Below, in pieces: positions 25,848 through 38,769 of a stretch of 64,000 nt of DNA. The position numbers and the translations under genes are program-made. The notes beneath the pieces are model-generated. The model searched no databases. It saw nothing but the letters and a program-made list of their open reading frames with translations, and was not told where the DNA came from. Source of the DNA: Octopus sinensis (lineage: Eukaryota); the NCBI RefSeq assembly GCF_006345805.1, contig NC_043022.1:4340001-4404000 (forward strand), written 5' to 3'. Each line of letters begins with the position of its first letter. Within the stretch, counting starts at the first letter, position 1.

Positions 25848-25941
25848 ACATTATTTACATTTGGTGGATATTTGTCCTCATCTTGTTTGTTGTTAACACA
25901 ACGTTTCAGCTGATATACCCTCCAGCCTTCATCAGGTGTCA
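25848..25941 (-). mobile_element. Family P 3' end (5'-truncated at the ribozyme)
   Basis: Highly similar to 8583-8675; ends in an ...AAATGTAAATAATGT tail on the minus strand. Confidence 0.85.
25894..25941 (-). ncRNA. Minimal type I hammerhead ribozyme, Penelope-type
   Basis: Minus strand 5'-UGACAC-CUGAUGA-A-GGCUG-gaggguauau-CAGCU-GAA-AC-GU-U/GUGUUA-3'. Stem I is 6 bp, stem II 5 bp, stem III is the loopless palindrome AACGUU; predicted cleavage after GUU, between + positions 25900 and 25899. Confidence 0.85.
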
Positions 25942-25944
25942 TGG

Positions 25945-26253
25945 GCATGTAAAAAGGGCACCATTCGAGCGTGATCGTTACCAAAATCGCCTTCTGGCAC
26001 CTGTGCTGGTGGCATGTATAAAAGGATTCGAGCAAGGTCATTGCCAGTACTGCCTGACTGTCCCCCGTACCTGTGGCACGTAAAAGCACCCAGTACACTC
26101 TCGGAGTGGTTGGCGTTAGGAAGGGCATCCAGCTGTAGAAACTCTGCCAGATCAAGACTGGAGCCTGGTGCAGCCATCTGGTTTGCCAGCTCTCAGTCAA
26201 AATCGTCCAACCCATGCTAGCATGGAAAGCAGATGTTAAACGATGATGATGAT
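25945..26253 (+). mobile_element. SINE family B
   Basis: GGTTGGCGTTAGGAAGGGCATCCAGC ... GTTAAACGATGATGATGATG. Confidence 0.88.
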
Positions 26254-26366
26254 GTTTGTATGTATGTATGTATGTATGTATATATATATATATATAAAAT
26301 TTAAGTCAAGCACAAAGTGGAGAAATCTTGATCAACAACTGACTACCATTGATTATATTTTATGTA

Positions 26367-26398
<32 letters not shown>

Positions 26399-26514
26399 GA
26401 CATGTACAATATATGTATATACATATATATTATATATATATATATATTATATATATATATATATTATATCTATATGTATACACACACACACACACACATT
26501 GCATCGGTTGTCAT

Positions 26515-26720
26515 GCGATGGTCAGAGGACAAACACAGACACACAAACATATATATACGAAGGGCTTCTTTCAGTTTCCATCTACCAAAACCACTCAGAA
26601 GGCTTTGGTCGTACTGAGGCTACGGTAGATGACAGTTGCCAAAAGTGCCACGCAGTGGGACTGAACTTGGAACCATGCGGTTGGTAAGCAAACTACTTAT
26701 CGCATAGCCAATCCTGCACA
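26515..26720 (-). mobile_element. SINE family A, 5' half
   Basis: Head plus internal microsatellite, reverse orientation. Confidence 0.85.
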
Positions 26721-26722
26721 TA

Positions 26723-26937
26723 TCTTTTCTACTCTAGGCACCAGGCCCGAAATTTTGGGGGAGGGGGTCCAGTCGATTAGATCAACTGCAGTATGCAATT
26801 AATACTTAATTTATCGACCCTGAAAGGATGAAAGACAAAGGTGACCTCAGCAGAATTTGAACTCAGAACATAAAGACAAGCAAAATACTGCTAAGCATTT
26901 CACCCAGCATGCTAACATTTCTGCCAGCTCACCACCT
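26723..26937 (-). mobile_element. SINE family C, full length
   Basis: Minus strand: AGGTGGTGAGCTGGCAGAAATGTTAGC (A-box-like) ... GAGTTCAAATTC (B-box) ... CTTTCATCCTTTCAGGGTCGATAAATTAAGTA. Confidence 0.88.
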
Positions 26938-26939
26938 TC

Positions 26940-26949
26940 TATCTATTTA

Positions 26950-27003
<54 letters not shown>

Positions 27004-27348
27004 TACACACACCACACACATATACATACATATCTATACATTTTTATTATACATACATATATACACATACATATTTATATTACATACATATACATACATA
27101 TATATACACATACATATTATATACATACATATATACATATATACATTACATATATTTATATACATATATACATACATATATATATTACATATTATATACA
27201 TAGATATACATATTTATATAACATATATACACATATTATATACATATATACATTACTATATATATAACATATATATACAAATATACATATACATATATTA
27301 TTTACATATTTATATATACATATATATACATATTTATATATGCATATT

Positions 27349-27384
<36 letters not shown>

Positions 27385-27560
27385 TACATATTTATATACA
27401 TACATATATATACACATATATACATATTTACATACACACACACACACATATATATACATATTTACATACACACACACACATATATATATATATATTTATA
27501 TACATACATATATATACATACATATACATATTTATATACATACATATATATTATATTATA
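26940..27560. repeat. (TA/CA) compound array
   Basis: Direct inspection. A similar array lies at ~28170-28560. Confidence 0.95.
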
Positions 27561-27884
27561 TAGATATCATATTACTGGTATCAATTGGAAGTGGGGAGAA
27601 AAAGCAAAGCAATGAAGCAAAGACACTGTAGCATGGTTTGAAGTGAGGCGGAACCAGAAAGCAATCTAATCATGGCCCATGCCATTTATTTCCGTTAGCA
27701 GCACTGCTTCACACACGCACAGACAAACGCACTTAAGGCAGACATTACAACAAGCAGAGAAAGAGTGGTGGCCATGTTAGTCTGGAAACCTGAGACAACC
27801 AAGCTCCTGGACAGCCGAGCTCTTACAACTGTATACCAAGCAGACACACACACACAGAGAATTGTTCCCTTATTGAGGAGCAAA

Positions 27885-28075
27885 CCTTATAAATCAAGGA
27901 CATTCCATCCATGACCATCCGATCTTTTTTAAAATTCTTTTTGTTAGTTGTAGTATACTTCGCATGGCAGTATCCAGTATCTTTAAGAAGGTAGTGTGTA
28001 GGTTTAAGGGAGATTTGGCTGCTGTTTTTAGCAGATCAAGTGAACAATTTGATTGACACGGAAGTAAAAAATACA
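27885..28075. mobile_element. Family J copy
   Basis: CATTCCATCCATGACCATCC...TTTAAGGGAGATTTGGCTGCTGTTTTTAGCAG. Confidence 0.65.
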
Positions 28076-28187
28076 TCCACACACACAAACACACACTTCT
28101 GTATAACTGGAAACACACACACACACACACAAATAAATACATATATGTACATATGTATTACAAAGCAAAAATTATACATAACCTAAT

Positions 28188-28219
<32 letters not shown>

Positions 28220-28479
28220 TATATATACACACACATATATATACACACACATATATATATATATATACTACACACACATATATATACAACACACACATAT
28301 ATATATACACACACACACACACATATATATACACCACACACACACATATATATACACACACATATATCATATATTACACACACACACCATATATAGTATT
28401 ATATATATATACACAAACACACACACACACATATATATGTATATATATATTATACACACACAACACACACACACATATA

Positions 28480-28523
<44 letters not shown>

Positions 28524-29022
28524 TGTGTGTATACACGCGCACACATACATATATACACTACCCATCATATATTCTTTTACTGGTTCGAGTCACCGGATTC
28601 AGGCCATGCTGAAGCATTCCTAATCAAGAATGTAATCAACCACGTTAATCCTAATAACAGTTCCAGGCTGTACTCATTACATCGATTCTATTTGTCGGTC
28701 TGCTAAGTTACGGAGCATACACGGACACAACCTGCACACACACACACACACACACACATTGGACATGCAGCACAAATCTCTCCCGTCGGCCAAATTCCAT
28801 TCGGAAGACATTGGATCACCTTAAGACACGGCAGTGCTGTGCAGCGGGTCTGAGCCTGGAACTCTGGGGTTTACAAAGCTGGTAACCACAATCAGGCCCA
28901 CCCGCCCACCCACCCACACACTCACACAATTTCCTTTAGGTAGATTTCATTGCGAAACCTGCTCTATAGAAAAACAATCATGTGTGTTAATTTACACATA
29001 CAGTGTACTTTGTACACCAGTG

Positions 29023-29078
<56 letters not shown>

Positions 29079-29139
29079 GAATGAGAGAAACATGTTACAT
29101 CAACACAGAACACGTTATGAAGCCTGCATACACACACAC

Positions 29140-29192
<53 letters not shown>

Positions 29193-29317
29193 CCTATCTA
29201 ACTATGAGTCTATCTGTCTGTCTGTGTATCTATATAGATAAGAGCACAAGTAGATAGAAGAAGAACAAGAACAAGAAGAGGTGGAAGAAGAAGACGAAGA
29301 AGAAGACGAAGAAGGAA

Positions 29318-29349
<32 letters not shown>

Positions 29350-29644
29350 AGAAGAAGAAATGGGTGAAGAAAGCAAAAAAGAAAATGGAGGAGGGGGAGA
29401 GAGAGAGAGGAGAGCGACAGAGAGAGAGACAGAAGGTGAGAGAAGAGAGTGAAGGGGGGGTGCGGTTGACGGCGGCGGCGGTGCAATGGACAAAAGCCGT
29501 CTGTCTGTTTTCTGTCAGTTGAAAGTCTTAAGATTAAGTGTGAACGGCCTATTCTGGTAAAACCATTATGTGTCAGCTACAACACGCACCAGTTTGGATG
29601 AGGAAGGACGGGGGAGAGGGAGGGGTGCGGGAGATCGCCGTGTG

Positions 29645-29676
<32 letters not shown>

Positions 29677-30210
29677 AGCAAGAGAGAGAGTGGGAGAGCC
29701 ATGCTGCTTCTTCCATCGAATCTCACAGCTGGTCTACTACAGGGCACACAGCTACTTCGGTAACATGACTCTTAATCAATAAAATCTTACAAACTCTAGT
29801 AGAAGCCATTTCCGCCGCTGCTGCTGCTGTTACCACCTCCACTCACCCCCCCCCCAATCATAGCTACCTCCACCTCCACCGCCAGCAGCAGCAGCAGCAG
29901 CTCGCCCTTTCAGTCACTGTGTCTACAAGCACAGACAAGCATACACACACACACACGTCCAGGCACACGCACACATACACCACACACATACACACGTCCA
30001 GGCACACGCACACATACACCACAAGGCAGGCGCGATTTACATATATCCACATGCATAACGTTGAGCACACAAGGACAGGAGGCCAATAAACATCCACACA
30101 CACACACACGCGTGTGCACCCTTAAAGAACAGACAGACAGACGTACATTAGTGGTTTTCATGTAGCACACAATGTACTTTCATGAGTACAAGAAAAGTAC
30201 AGACAACAGT

Positions 30211-30248
<38 letters not shown>

Positions 30249-30469
30249 CACGGTTTCAGAAACATGTAGAAAGCGCTCACAGTTAAAGCAAACGGGTAAC
30301 ACCACAAATGTTCACTTACATAAACGCGCACACAGACCCCAAATATAAAACACACACGCGTAGAAAGACATACAAAACACATTACAACCATATGTAACAC
30401 ATTTTTTATATCCGCAACCAGCAAAAAGTACATACATTACGTATGTAATTCCGTAAATACAAAACTAAC

Positions 30470-30930
30470 GCAAACACATTACGTACAAGGTGTGCACACA
30501 CACACATTACGTACATCGCACACACACATTACGTCCATCGCACACACACATTACGTACATCGCACACACACATTACGTACATCGCACACACACATTACGT
30601 ACATCGCACACATTACATTACTTACATCGCACACACACATTACGTACAACGCACACACACATTACGTACAACGCGCACACACATTACGTACAACGCGCAC
30701 ACACACATTACGTACACCGCACACACATTATGTACATCGCACACACATTACGTACAACGCACACACATTACGTACACCGCACACACACATTACGTACAAC
30801 GCACACACACATTACGTACAACGCACACACATTACGTACACCGCACACACACATTACGTACAACCCACACACATTACGTACAACGCACACACACATTACG
30901 TACAACGCACACACATATTACGTACAACGC
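30470..30930. repeat. CpG-rich ~20-24 bp minisatellite, ~20 units
   Basis: Unit (CA)n-TTACGTACA-(T/A/C)-CGC with palindromic TACGTA core. Confidence 0.95.
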
Positions 30931-31334
30931 TACACCGTTCCACAGATCTTCCGTATAATATCATCTCTATTTCGTTTGATATCATCTCTTCCATAAATCA
31001 GATTTTTTTTCTACGTATCTATCCTCTTTCTTTTATACTGTGGACACTTTCCTCTCTTTCAATCCGTCATCTCTATTCTAACACACACTCTCTCTCTCTC
31101 TAACCCCAACATCTATGAATCCATTGGAGAAATACACCTCCCAAATACCTCGACCACTCCTTACAAACCCATATCCTAAACATTTTCTCCTCTCACCTAC
31201 AGACCCCCACCCCTTCACACACCACACAGACAAATGTGTGTCGACACACACACACAATAATCTCCCCTTTTGCCTCATTACACTTCCCTCACAAAACCAA
31301 CGGGGGGGGGGAGGACCACTACAGGATCACTAAA

Positions 31335-31640
31335 TCAGCTAGAAATAACAACCAAATCTCCCTGAAATCAAACCTTACTGTCCTCAAAGCAAAAAAGAGA
31401 GAAACGTAAAGGGGACACACGTTCGATAATGTAGTTCTATGTAACCCTAACAAAAAGTGGGATGGTCAAAACCGGAAAGGACTTTATAACGACAAGGCTG
31501 CACGAACTAAAAAACAAATACGGAGACCCTTGCTAAAAATAGCAGCTGCATCGCCCTCAAAACACGTTACTATTTCAGAAAAGGGATGTAAGTCATATAA
31601 TGAGAGCCTTAGAAAAACAGACGGGGTTTTAACACTGGTT
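31335..31640. mobile_element. Two tandem degenerate family J copies
   Basis: GCTAGAAATAACAACCAAATCTCCCT at ~31338 and GCTAAAAATAGCAGCTGCATCGCCCT at ~31533, each followed by the J body. Confidence 0.6.
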
Positions 31641-32719
31641 TATCTCATTTAACCATTAAACCTACCCAAACCAGGAACGAGCCGGGGTTTAACAACGTCT
31701 ATCATGTTTTTTCCCACGGTTTTCACTCCCACCTCTATATCTCCTACTATCCATAGAACTCCCCTGTTCTATGTCTCCACTCTATCTGTCATATACAATC
31801 GATTATCTCTCCTATCAAACCTGACAACTTCCGCTTTCTTCTCTCCACGGATACGGCGAACACACAGACACACAGAACTCCGTCTGGCTGATTTACACTC
31901 ACTCACTTGAGCGTATATGCGCGCCATCACCTCTATGCGTGTGGACACACGCCTGTATTACATATGCTATCTACACAGAAACATACACACATTTGTGTAT
32001 TTGTGTGTGTGTATATATAAAGCAAACAAAGTACAATTTTCACACACACACACGATGGCTTGACTGGATGAAACTTCGGAGTCACTGACAAATGTTATTC
32101 TAACAAATCATAAAAACTAACACACACACGTGAGTGTGCACATATGTACATATACACACGTTTATACACATACATACGCGTACACACGCATCCCATGAGA
32201 CAGCAAGTACTTTCGTGTCCAGATTTAATATCCCAAACGGCTGCCCAAAGCAATCACCCCCAACACTGGAAGATTCCTAACACACCCACACAATATACAT
32301 CCCATGTATTGTTTTATTAGCCGAGTATGAAGGGTGAGGGCAGGGCTTATGAGATCCCTGTCCCCAGACCAGTGAAACTGATTCCATTAGCATAATGCTT
32401 CCCTCGAACTTCTGTAAATCAACACCTCAGAGGGTCAATGTTCTGGGTGTAGGGATTGGTGCAGAGTCGGTAGGGGCCATTGGACACATGTCTGTGGGCC
32501 AGAAACCGGAGTGTGTACATATGTAGGTCAGTGACCCTTTTTTTTGCCTATCTGCCAGGTGGGTTTTTTTTCTGCCGTACCATCTCAGATCTGAGAGCAT
32601 TCACACCGTCCCGAGCCCCAACTAAGCTGTGGAGACCATCAAAAATTGTTGGAGATTTAAAGTATCTTCTGACCCATAAGTCAAGGGCTGGTCACTGAGA
32701 TGGAATCCCAGCTGTTTCA

Positions 32720-33396
32720 CCCTTCAGCCTTCTCATTACTTTGTCAAATCTAATGCTTATTTATTCACACTGTTTTGAATTAATCATGGATTACCTCATA
32801 GCTTTGCGACTTTGATGATGTAATTGTTTATTTTTAGAAAGACATTGTAGGGTAAGTGTGAGCAGTAGGATCTGACCAGTTTGAACATAAAATGGGAAGA
32901 ATATTTGGGCTGGATATAACTGGTTCGACCCTTTAAACATTCAGATTACCCTGTCAAACGAAATCCTTTTTTTATTCCCATGGTTTTCAATTAATCATAG
33001 ATTACCTCATGGCTTTGAGATTTCAATGATGTGAATTGTTTTTAGAACAACATTGGAGGGTAGAAATGAAAGGTCAGATCTGGTCCGTTTGAACCTAAAA
33101 CAGGCAGAATGTTTGGGCTGAACGTGGCCAATTCAACCCTTTAGAATTCAGATTACACAGGCAAATCTAGTGCGCCTTTCTTCACATTGCTTTTAATTAA
33201 TCCTGCATTGACCCTCTGTGGTGTTGATTTACAAAAGTTTGAAGGAAACATTATAGTTTTGTGATTTCAATGATGCGAGTGTTTAATTTTACAAAGGCAT
33301 TGTAAGGTAGGTGTGAGAGGCCAAATCTGGCCAGCCTGAATATAAAACAGGTAAAAATATTTGGGCCCTGATATAGCCAGTTTAAATGCTAAAGGG
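32720..33396. repeat. Head-to-tail trimer of piggyBac MITE family G
   Basis: Units start CCCTT at 32720, 32929 and 33137; only the last unit keeps the right TIR (ATGCTAAAGGG, ending 33396). Confidence 0.85.
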
Positions 33397-33704
33397 TTGA
33401 GGATGTGCTTTTGCTATGAGAGATCCAATAACTGGAGCGATTTCGAGGGCTCTAAGGTTAAGGGTTGCTTACAAAAGGGTTCAGGTGTAGAGTGACACTT
33501 TCTTGATATGAGTAATATTCACATTTTGTTACTGACAAACGAAAGGTAAGATTGGAATATCCCAGGGGTGTTGTCAGGGTCTCTGTTCATGGAATCATTG
33601 CAGGTGTGGTGTGTTGGCGTTGGAGTTGTAAGTGGGTGATGTATGGGTTGCGGAAGGTTAGGGAGGAAGGAAGGGTTAGGGTTAGTTTTTCTTTTGGTCC
33701 CTCC

Positions 33705-34086
33705 CTTTTTACTTGTTTCAGTCATTAGACTGTGGCCATGCTGGGGCACCACATTGAAGAATTTTAATGGAACAAATCAACCACAGTACTTAATGTTAAA
33801 GTCTGGTATTTATTCTATTGGTTTCTTTTGCTGAACCGCTATGTCATCAGGGCGTAAACATACCAAAACTGGTTGTGAATCGGAGGTGGGGGGGGCCAAC
33901 ACAGATATATGTATATATACAGACCTGATAGGCTTCTTTCAGTTTCTATCTATCAAATCCACTCACAAACAAGGCTTCAGTCAGTCCAGAGCAATAGTAG
34001 AAGACACTAGCCCAAGGTGCCATGCAGTGGGACTGAACCCAGAACCATGTGGTTGGGAAGCAAACTTACCACACAGCCATACCTGC
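33705..34086 (-). mobile_element. SINE family A, full length
   Basis: Collinear reverse complement of the young copies. Confidence 0.85.
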
Positions 34087-34556
34087 CCCCCGTGTCATTT
34101 GTGTAAGAGAGGGTGTTTTTTAGTTGGATGTGGGGGCAGCAAATAAGATTGATATAAAGAAAGAAGAGGGTGGGGACAAAACTGAACCCTAGGGCATTAG
34201 TAAGAAAGAGAAAATGCTCTCCTCCAAATACACAAGGGGAAAGCGGGATCTGATAGAAAGCTACAGAGTCAAGGGATAAAGAGACAGGTAGAAACCATAA
34301 GTGCATAGTTGGTGCCACATATAAAGCACAGTAATCACGTAACTGACCAGGCTATCAGATGTCATTACACATTGCTAGTCACAATGCGTTTTTGCATTGT
34401 TTTAGTCTTCAAATGATGCCATCCCACTGGCTAGGTGAGCAGGCCAACATCCCCCACCACAGATGAAAAGGGAACCATGCCCATTCAGGGAACTGAACGC
34501 ACGAACTAGCGATCATGAATGCAACAGCCTAACCACTAGGCCACATGTCTTCACAG

Positions 34557-34732
34557 GTACCCAGTACACTCTGTAAAGTGGTTGGCATTACAAAGGGCAG
34601 CCAGATGTAGAAATCATGCCAAAGCATGGCAAGAGGGGCCTGGTGTAGCCCTCTGGCTTGCCAGCAGCTCCTGTCAAACCGTCCAACCCATGCCAGCATG
34701 GAAAAAGGATGTTAGATGATGACAATGATGAA
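34557..34732 (+). mobile_element. SINE family B
   Basis: GTGGTTGGCATTACAAAGGGCAGCCAG ... GATGATGACAATGATG. Confidence 0.8.
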
Positions 34733-35093
34733 AAAAGGGAACATTGCTACATTGCTTTAATCAAGTCTCTCCAAAGCAAAAACCACAGCAGTGAGTGAAT
34801 GGTGCTTGAGGAGGCCACCAGTGGAAAGTGACCCGACAGCAAACTCTGCTGGTGATCATGAGAGAGAGATTCCAAGAATTACAGGAGGTTACCATTAATG
34901 GCCAACTCCATGACAAGTGAGTGTGATAGAGTTTGGAGGGCCAGAATGGTCAACTGTCTTGGAGCTGAGACCTATTGCAGCAGGTTTCCAAAAATTAGGT
35001 AGGTCCATGTCAAAGTGGAGAGATTAAAAGCATGCAGCCCTCAAGCATCCTTCTGGAGAATCCCAGTGGTTTTCCCTTCTTTAAAGCTAATGT

Positions 35094-35355
35094 CGGCTGC
35101 AGGATCACTCCGAAAAGCTCTATCTGCGACGATTTCATCTCAATCGAAGGAGAGGAGCTTTCTCCGTTCGGGTTGCGGATCCGTGGAATAAGCTGCCAGA
35201 TGAGATGGTGAAGATGCCGACGACCGCTTGGTTCAAAGTCTCCCTTGACCTCAAGTGGCCTGAACTCTTTACATGAACACCACCCTGTACATTACTCCAT
35301 GTCTCCCTACATGGCCTTGCTTTTTGCTTTTTGAGCCAAAAAATTAACTAACTAA
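35094..35355 (+). pseudogene. CR1-clade LINE 3' end (ORF2 C-terminus, 3'UTR and tail)
   Basis: 35094-35276 translates RLQDHSEKLYLRRFHLNRRRGAFSVRVADPWNKLPDEMVKMPTTAWFKVSLDLKWPELFT*, matching the CR1 pattern RGHxxKL...FSxRVxxxWNxLP...FKxxLD; TAACTAACTAA tail. Confidence 0.88.
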
Positions 35356-35829
35356 GATTTTCCTTAATTGACTTGTGCCTTACAATTTTTGGCGTGTCCC
35401 CTTAAAAGATGTTCAGGTTTTGGATCTGGCCCAGGTATCAAAAAGGTTGAGAACCACTGGAGTAAGGGACTTGGTGAGTGTAGGGAGGGATCAGCTCTGG
35501 GATGCAGTGTCTGAGGGTAAAGAAGGGGACAGTGTCAGGAAATAGTGACTTTTCTGAGGTTCAAAGTGACCAAAAGCATTTTCATACTTGGTGTGTGTGT
35601 GTGTGTGTGCATGCGTGCAAAGCAGTGGTGGCCATGGTAAGGGTGGAAGTGAATAAGAATTGGAAGAAATTTGTTGTGTGTGTGTGTGCGACAGTGTGGA
35701 TGGAGTGGGCTGCAAACCAGGGGCAGTGATGAAAGCGGGAGACATTTTGCATTGCAGGTAAGTTACTGTACACAGAACCATCGCAAAGCCAGGAAAGTGG
35801 GGTTCTACACACATTTACAATTACCCCCA

Positions 35830-35870
35830 CACCTATGTGTGTGTGTGTGTGTGTGTGCATGCACATCTGA

Positions 35871-35901
<31 letters not shown>

Positions 35902-35987
35902 CATGCACATCTGAGTGTGTGTGTGTGTGCATGCACATCTGAGTGTGTGTGTATGTGTGTGTGTGTGTGTGTGTGCATGCAATCTGA

Positions 35988-36026
<39 letters not shown>

Positions 36027-36050
36027 CATGCAATCTGAGTGTGTGTATAT
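35830..36050. repeat. TG-rich minisatellite with TGCATGC core, ~6 units
   Basis: GTGTGCATGCA(C)ATCTGAGTGTGTG repeated. Confidence 0.9.
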
Positions 36051-36784
36051 GTGTGTAAATATAACACAGTTCCCCCCGCTTTTTTTATTCAGTTACCTTA
36101 TCAAAACCGATATACATTATACCTTGTATTATTAATATATACACTCTAACTTGTATTTTAATGCCAGCCACTTTAAATGTTCTTCTTCTCCCTCACTCTT
36201 CTCTCATAAAGCAATATCTCTCAGTGCCTGCCATAACTGCTTTCTGCTGCTTTCCGTCCATTTTCCACAAATAACTTTTATATATCCACATCACATAATT
36301 TCCATCACTGTAACATTTTTCTTTTCCCCCAAATATTATAGAGTTCGCCTTCCTCTCTCTCTCTCACACACACACACATACAGCCAAAGAACATAATTAG
36401 TTCTTAGAGAGATGTGTTCCGAAGACTGCTCCTTATGGCAGCGGTTAATATCAGGTGCCAATGAAGAAGAATTTAGGTAGAGAGAATGAGCTGGGAAATA
36501 AGAAGGCAGTAATTTGCAGGTCTTTATTTTAGGGCCATTAGGGGAGTTTAGAAAGTAAAAAGGCAATGAATTGCACCCACAACCCCTAAAATTGTGGTGT
36601 CCTTGAGAGGGAACAACAACAACAAAGGGTTATTATAGTGGTGGTGGTGGAGGTGTGTGTGTGTGTGTGTGTGTGTGTGGAGAGAGAAATTTGGAAGGAG
36701 AAATGGTAAGAGAAAGATTATGGAGAAAGGAATATAAAAAAAAATGTTGAATATCTTGGCTATAGACACATTACACATGGTTAT

Positions 36785-38079
36785 AACAGAATTGAGAGAG
36801 AGAGAAGAGAGATTGATAGAGAGAGAGAGAGAGTAGATTAAAAGAGAGAGGGGAAAGATTGATAGAGAGATTCAAAGAGAGAGGGGGAAAGATTGATAGA
36901 GAGATTCAAAGAGAGAGGGGGAAAGATTGATAGAGAGATTCAAAGAGAGGTAGAAGAGATTGATAAAGAGAGAAAGGAGAATATAGATTCAAAGAGAGAG
37001 GGTGAGATCTAGAAAAAAGAAAGGAAGGGCTTCATTGAGAGAGGGGGAAAGAGTTATGCAGAGGGAAAGGATTGATAGAGAGGAGGGGGAGAGGTCTAAT
37101 GAGAGGTCTATATATATAGAGAGAGAGAGAGTGAGGGGGAGGCGAAATTCAGTAAGGGAGAAAGGGGGGGGGAATAGATTTGTCAGTTGATTGTATTATG
37201 GAGAGAAAGGAATGTAGGAAGAGATTGTTGGATTAGAAAGAAGATGGATATCAAGTGGATGATGGAAGGAAATTAGAGAGAGAAAGAGGATAATTGAAGA
37301 AGTGAAATGGAGAAGAATGGTACAAGGTGAAGAGGGTAAGGAGAGGGGGAGAGAGAGAGACAGAGACAGTAAGGGAGGAGGAGTAAGAGGAGTTGTGGGG
37401 GAGGGATGGGAGGAGGAATAAATGAGAGGGAGTGGTGGTTGAGGTTTGGGAGAATGAAAGAGTGACAATAAGTGAGGTGGGAAAGTGAGAGAAAGGGAGT
37501 AAGAGAGAGAGAGAGGGGGAATGTAGAGAAGAACGAGGGGAAGGGAGGAACGAAGGGACAGAGAGGGGTAGGAAGAGAGGTAGGTGAGGCGAGGGAGAAG
37601 TGAGAGAGAGAAAAAAAGGCGCCGGAAAGAGAGGCTAGGAAAAAGAGAGAGGGAGAGGGGGAGAAAGTGAGAGATAAAGGAGAAACGAGGGAACAGACAG
37701 AGAGGGGGAAAGAAAGAACAGAGAAAGCGAGAGAGGGGGGAGGGAGAGCGGATGAAATAAAGGCTTTGAGGACGAGAGAGGGAGAGAAAAAGATAAGAGA
37801 GTGTGAGAGAGAAGAACGAAATAAATAGTCAAGTAGAATAAATCCCTTTTATTTTCGTTTTATTGCTTCCACTTCGTTCGGGAGGGAGAGAGAGAGAGTG
37901 GGGAAAGGTGGGAGAGGAGAGGATAAAAAGAGAGAGAAAGATAGGTGAAAGACAGATGAGAAGCAGAGAGGGAGAGAGGAGGGTGAAGTGAAAGAATGTA
38001 AAGTGTAGTAGTAGTGGTAGTGTGAGGAGAAATAGAGGGAGGAGTGAGAGGGTGTAAGATGTGATGTGAGGTGCGAGAA

Positions 38080-38114
<35 letters not shown>

Positions 38115-38728
38115 TGATGTGATAGGGAATCAAAAAGGAGATATATAGGTATGACAAGTTTTGGATTTAGAGAATAAATGAAGACAAATAGGAGAGGAGG
38201 AGAGTCGTAAAAGATGGGAGATGAGGAGGGGAGAGTGAAGGAATGAGGCAAAGAAAGAAAGAGAATATGAGAGAATGAATACGGGTAGGGGAGAGAGAGA
38301 GAGAGAGAGAGGGAGGAAGGAAGGATATTTTGGGAGAGAGAGAGGGGGAGAGGAAGGAGATTTTGGGAGAGAGATGGGGGAGAGGAAGGAGATTTTGGGA
38401 GAGAAAGAATATGAACGAGAAGCAGAAGGTATTGGCTGTGAACGAGAGAGAAGGATAAAGTGTGAAAGAGTGAGAGTATGAATGAAGGTTTAGAAAGAGT
38501 GAGTAGGATATGAGAGAAAATAGAGAGAGAAAGGGTGAGTACGAGAGAGAGAGATACAGAGAGAGTTAGAGATAAGAGTGTAAGAAATATGAGAGTGAGA
38601 GTGGAGAGTGAGTACAAGGCAGAGTGGAAATCAGAGAGAGTGAGTAAGAGACAGAATGGAAATAAGAGAGAGTGAGTGAGTGCAATGAGAGAGAATGTAG
38701 AAAAAGAGAGCGAGTATTTTAAGAGCTT

Positions 38729-38769
<41 letters not shown>

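Noticed and set aside
30470-30930. CRISPR-like regular array
   Set aside because: No unique spacers, eukaryotic context and no cas genes; it is a minisatellite.
31579-31587. Apparent 9-nt microexon TTTCAG|AAAAGGGAT|GTAAGT
   Set aside because: The splice signals look good, but they fall inside a decayed family J copy and the polypyrimidine tract is weak; likely chance unless junction reads exist.
34790-34960. Possible further RTE/LINE remnants here and at ~21220-21340 and ~50420-50560
   Set aside because: Only fragmentary motif resemblance with multiple stops; too weak to call without a profile search.
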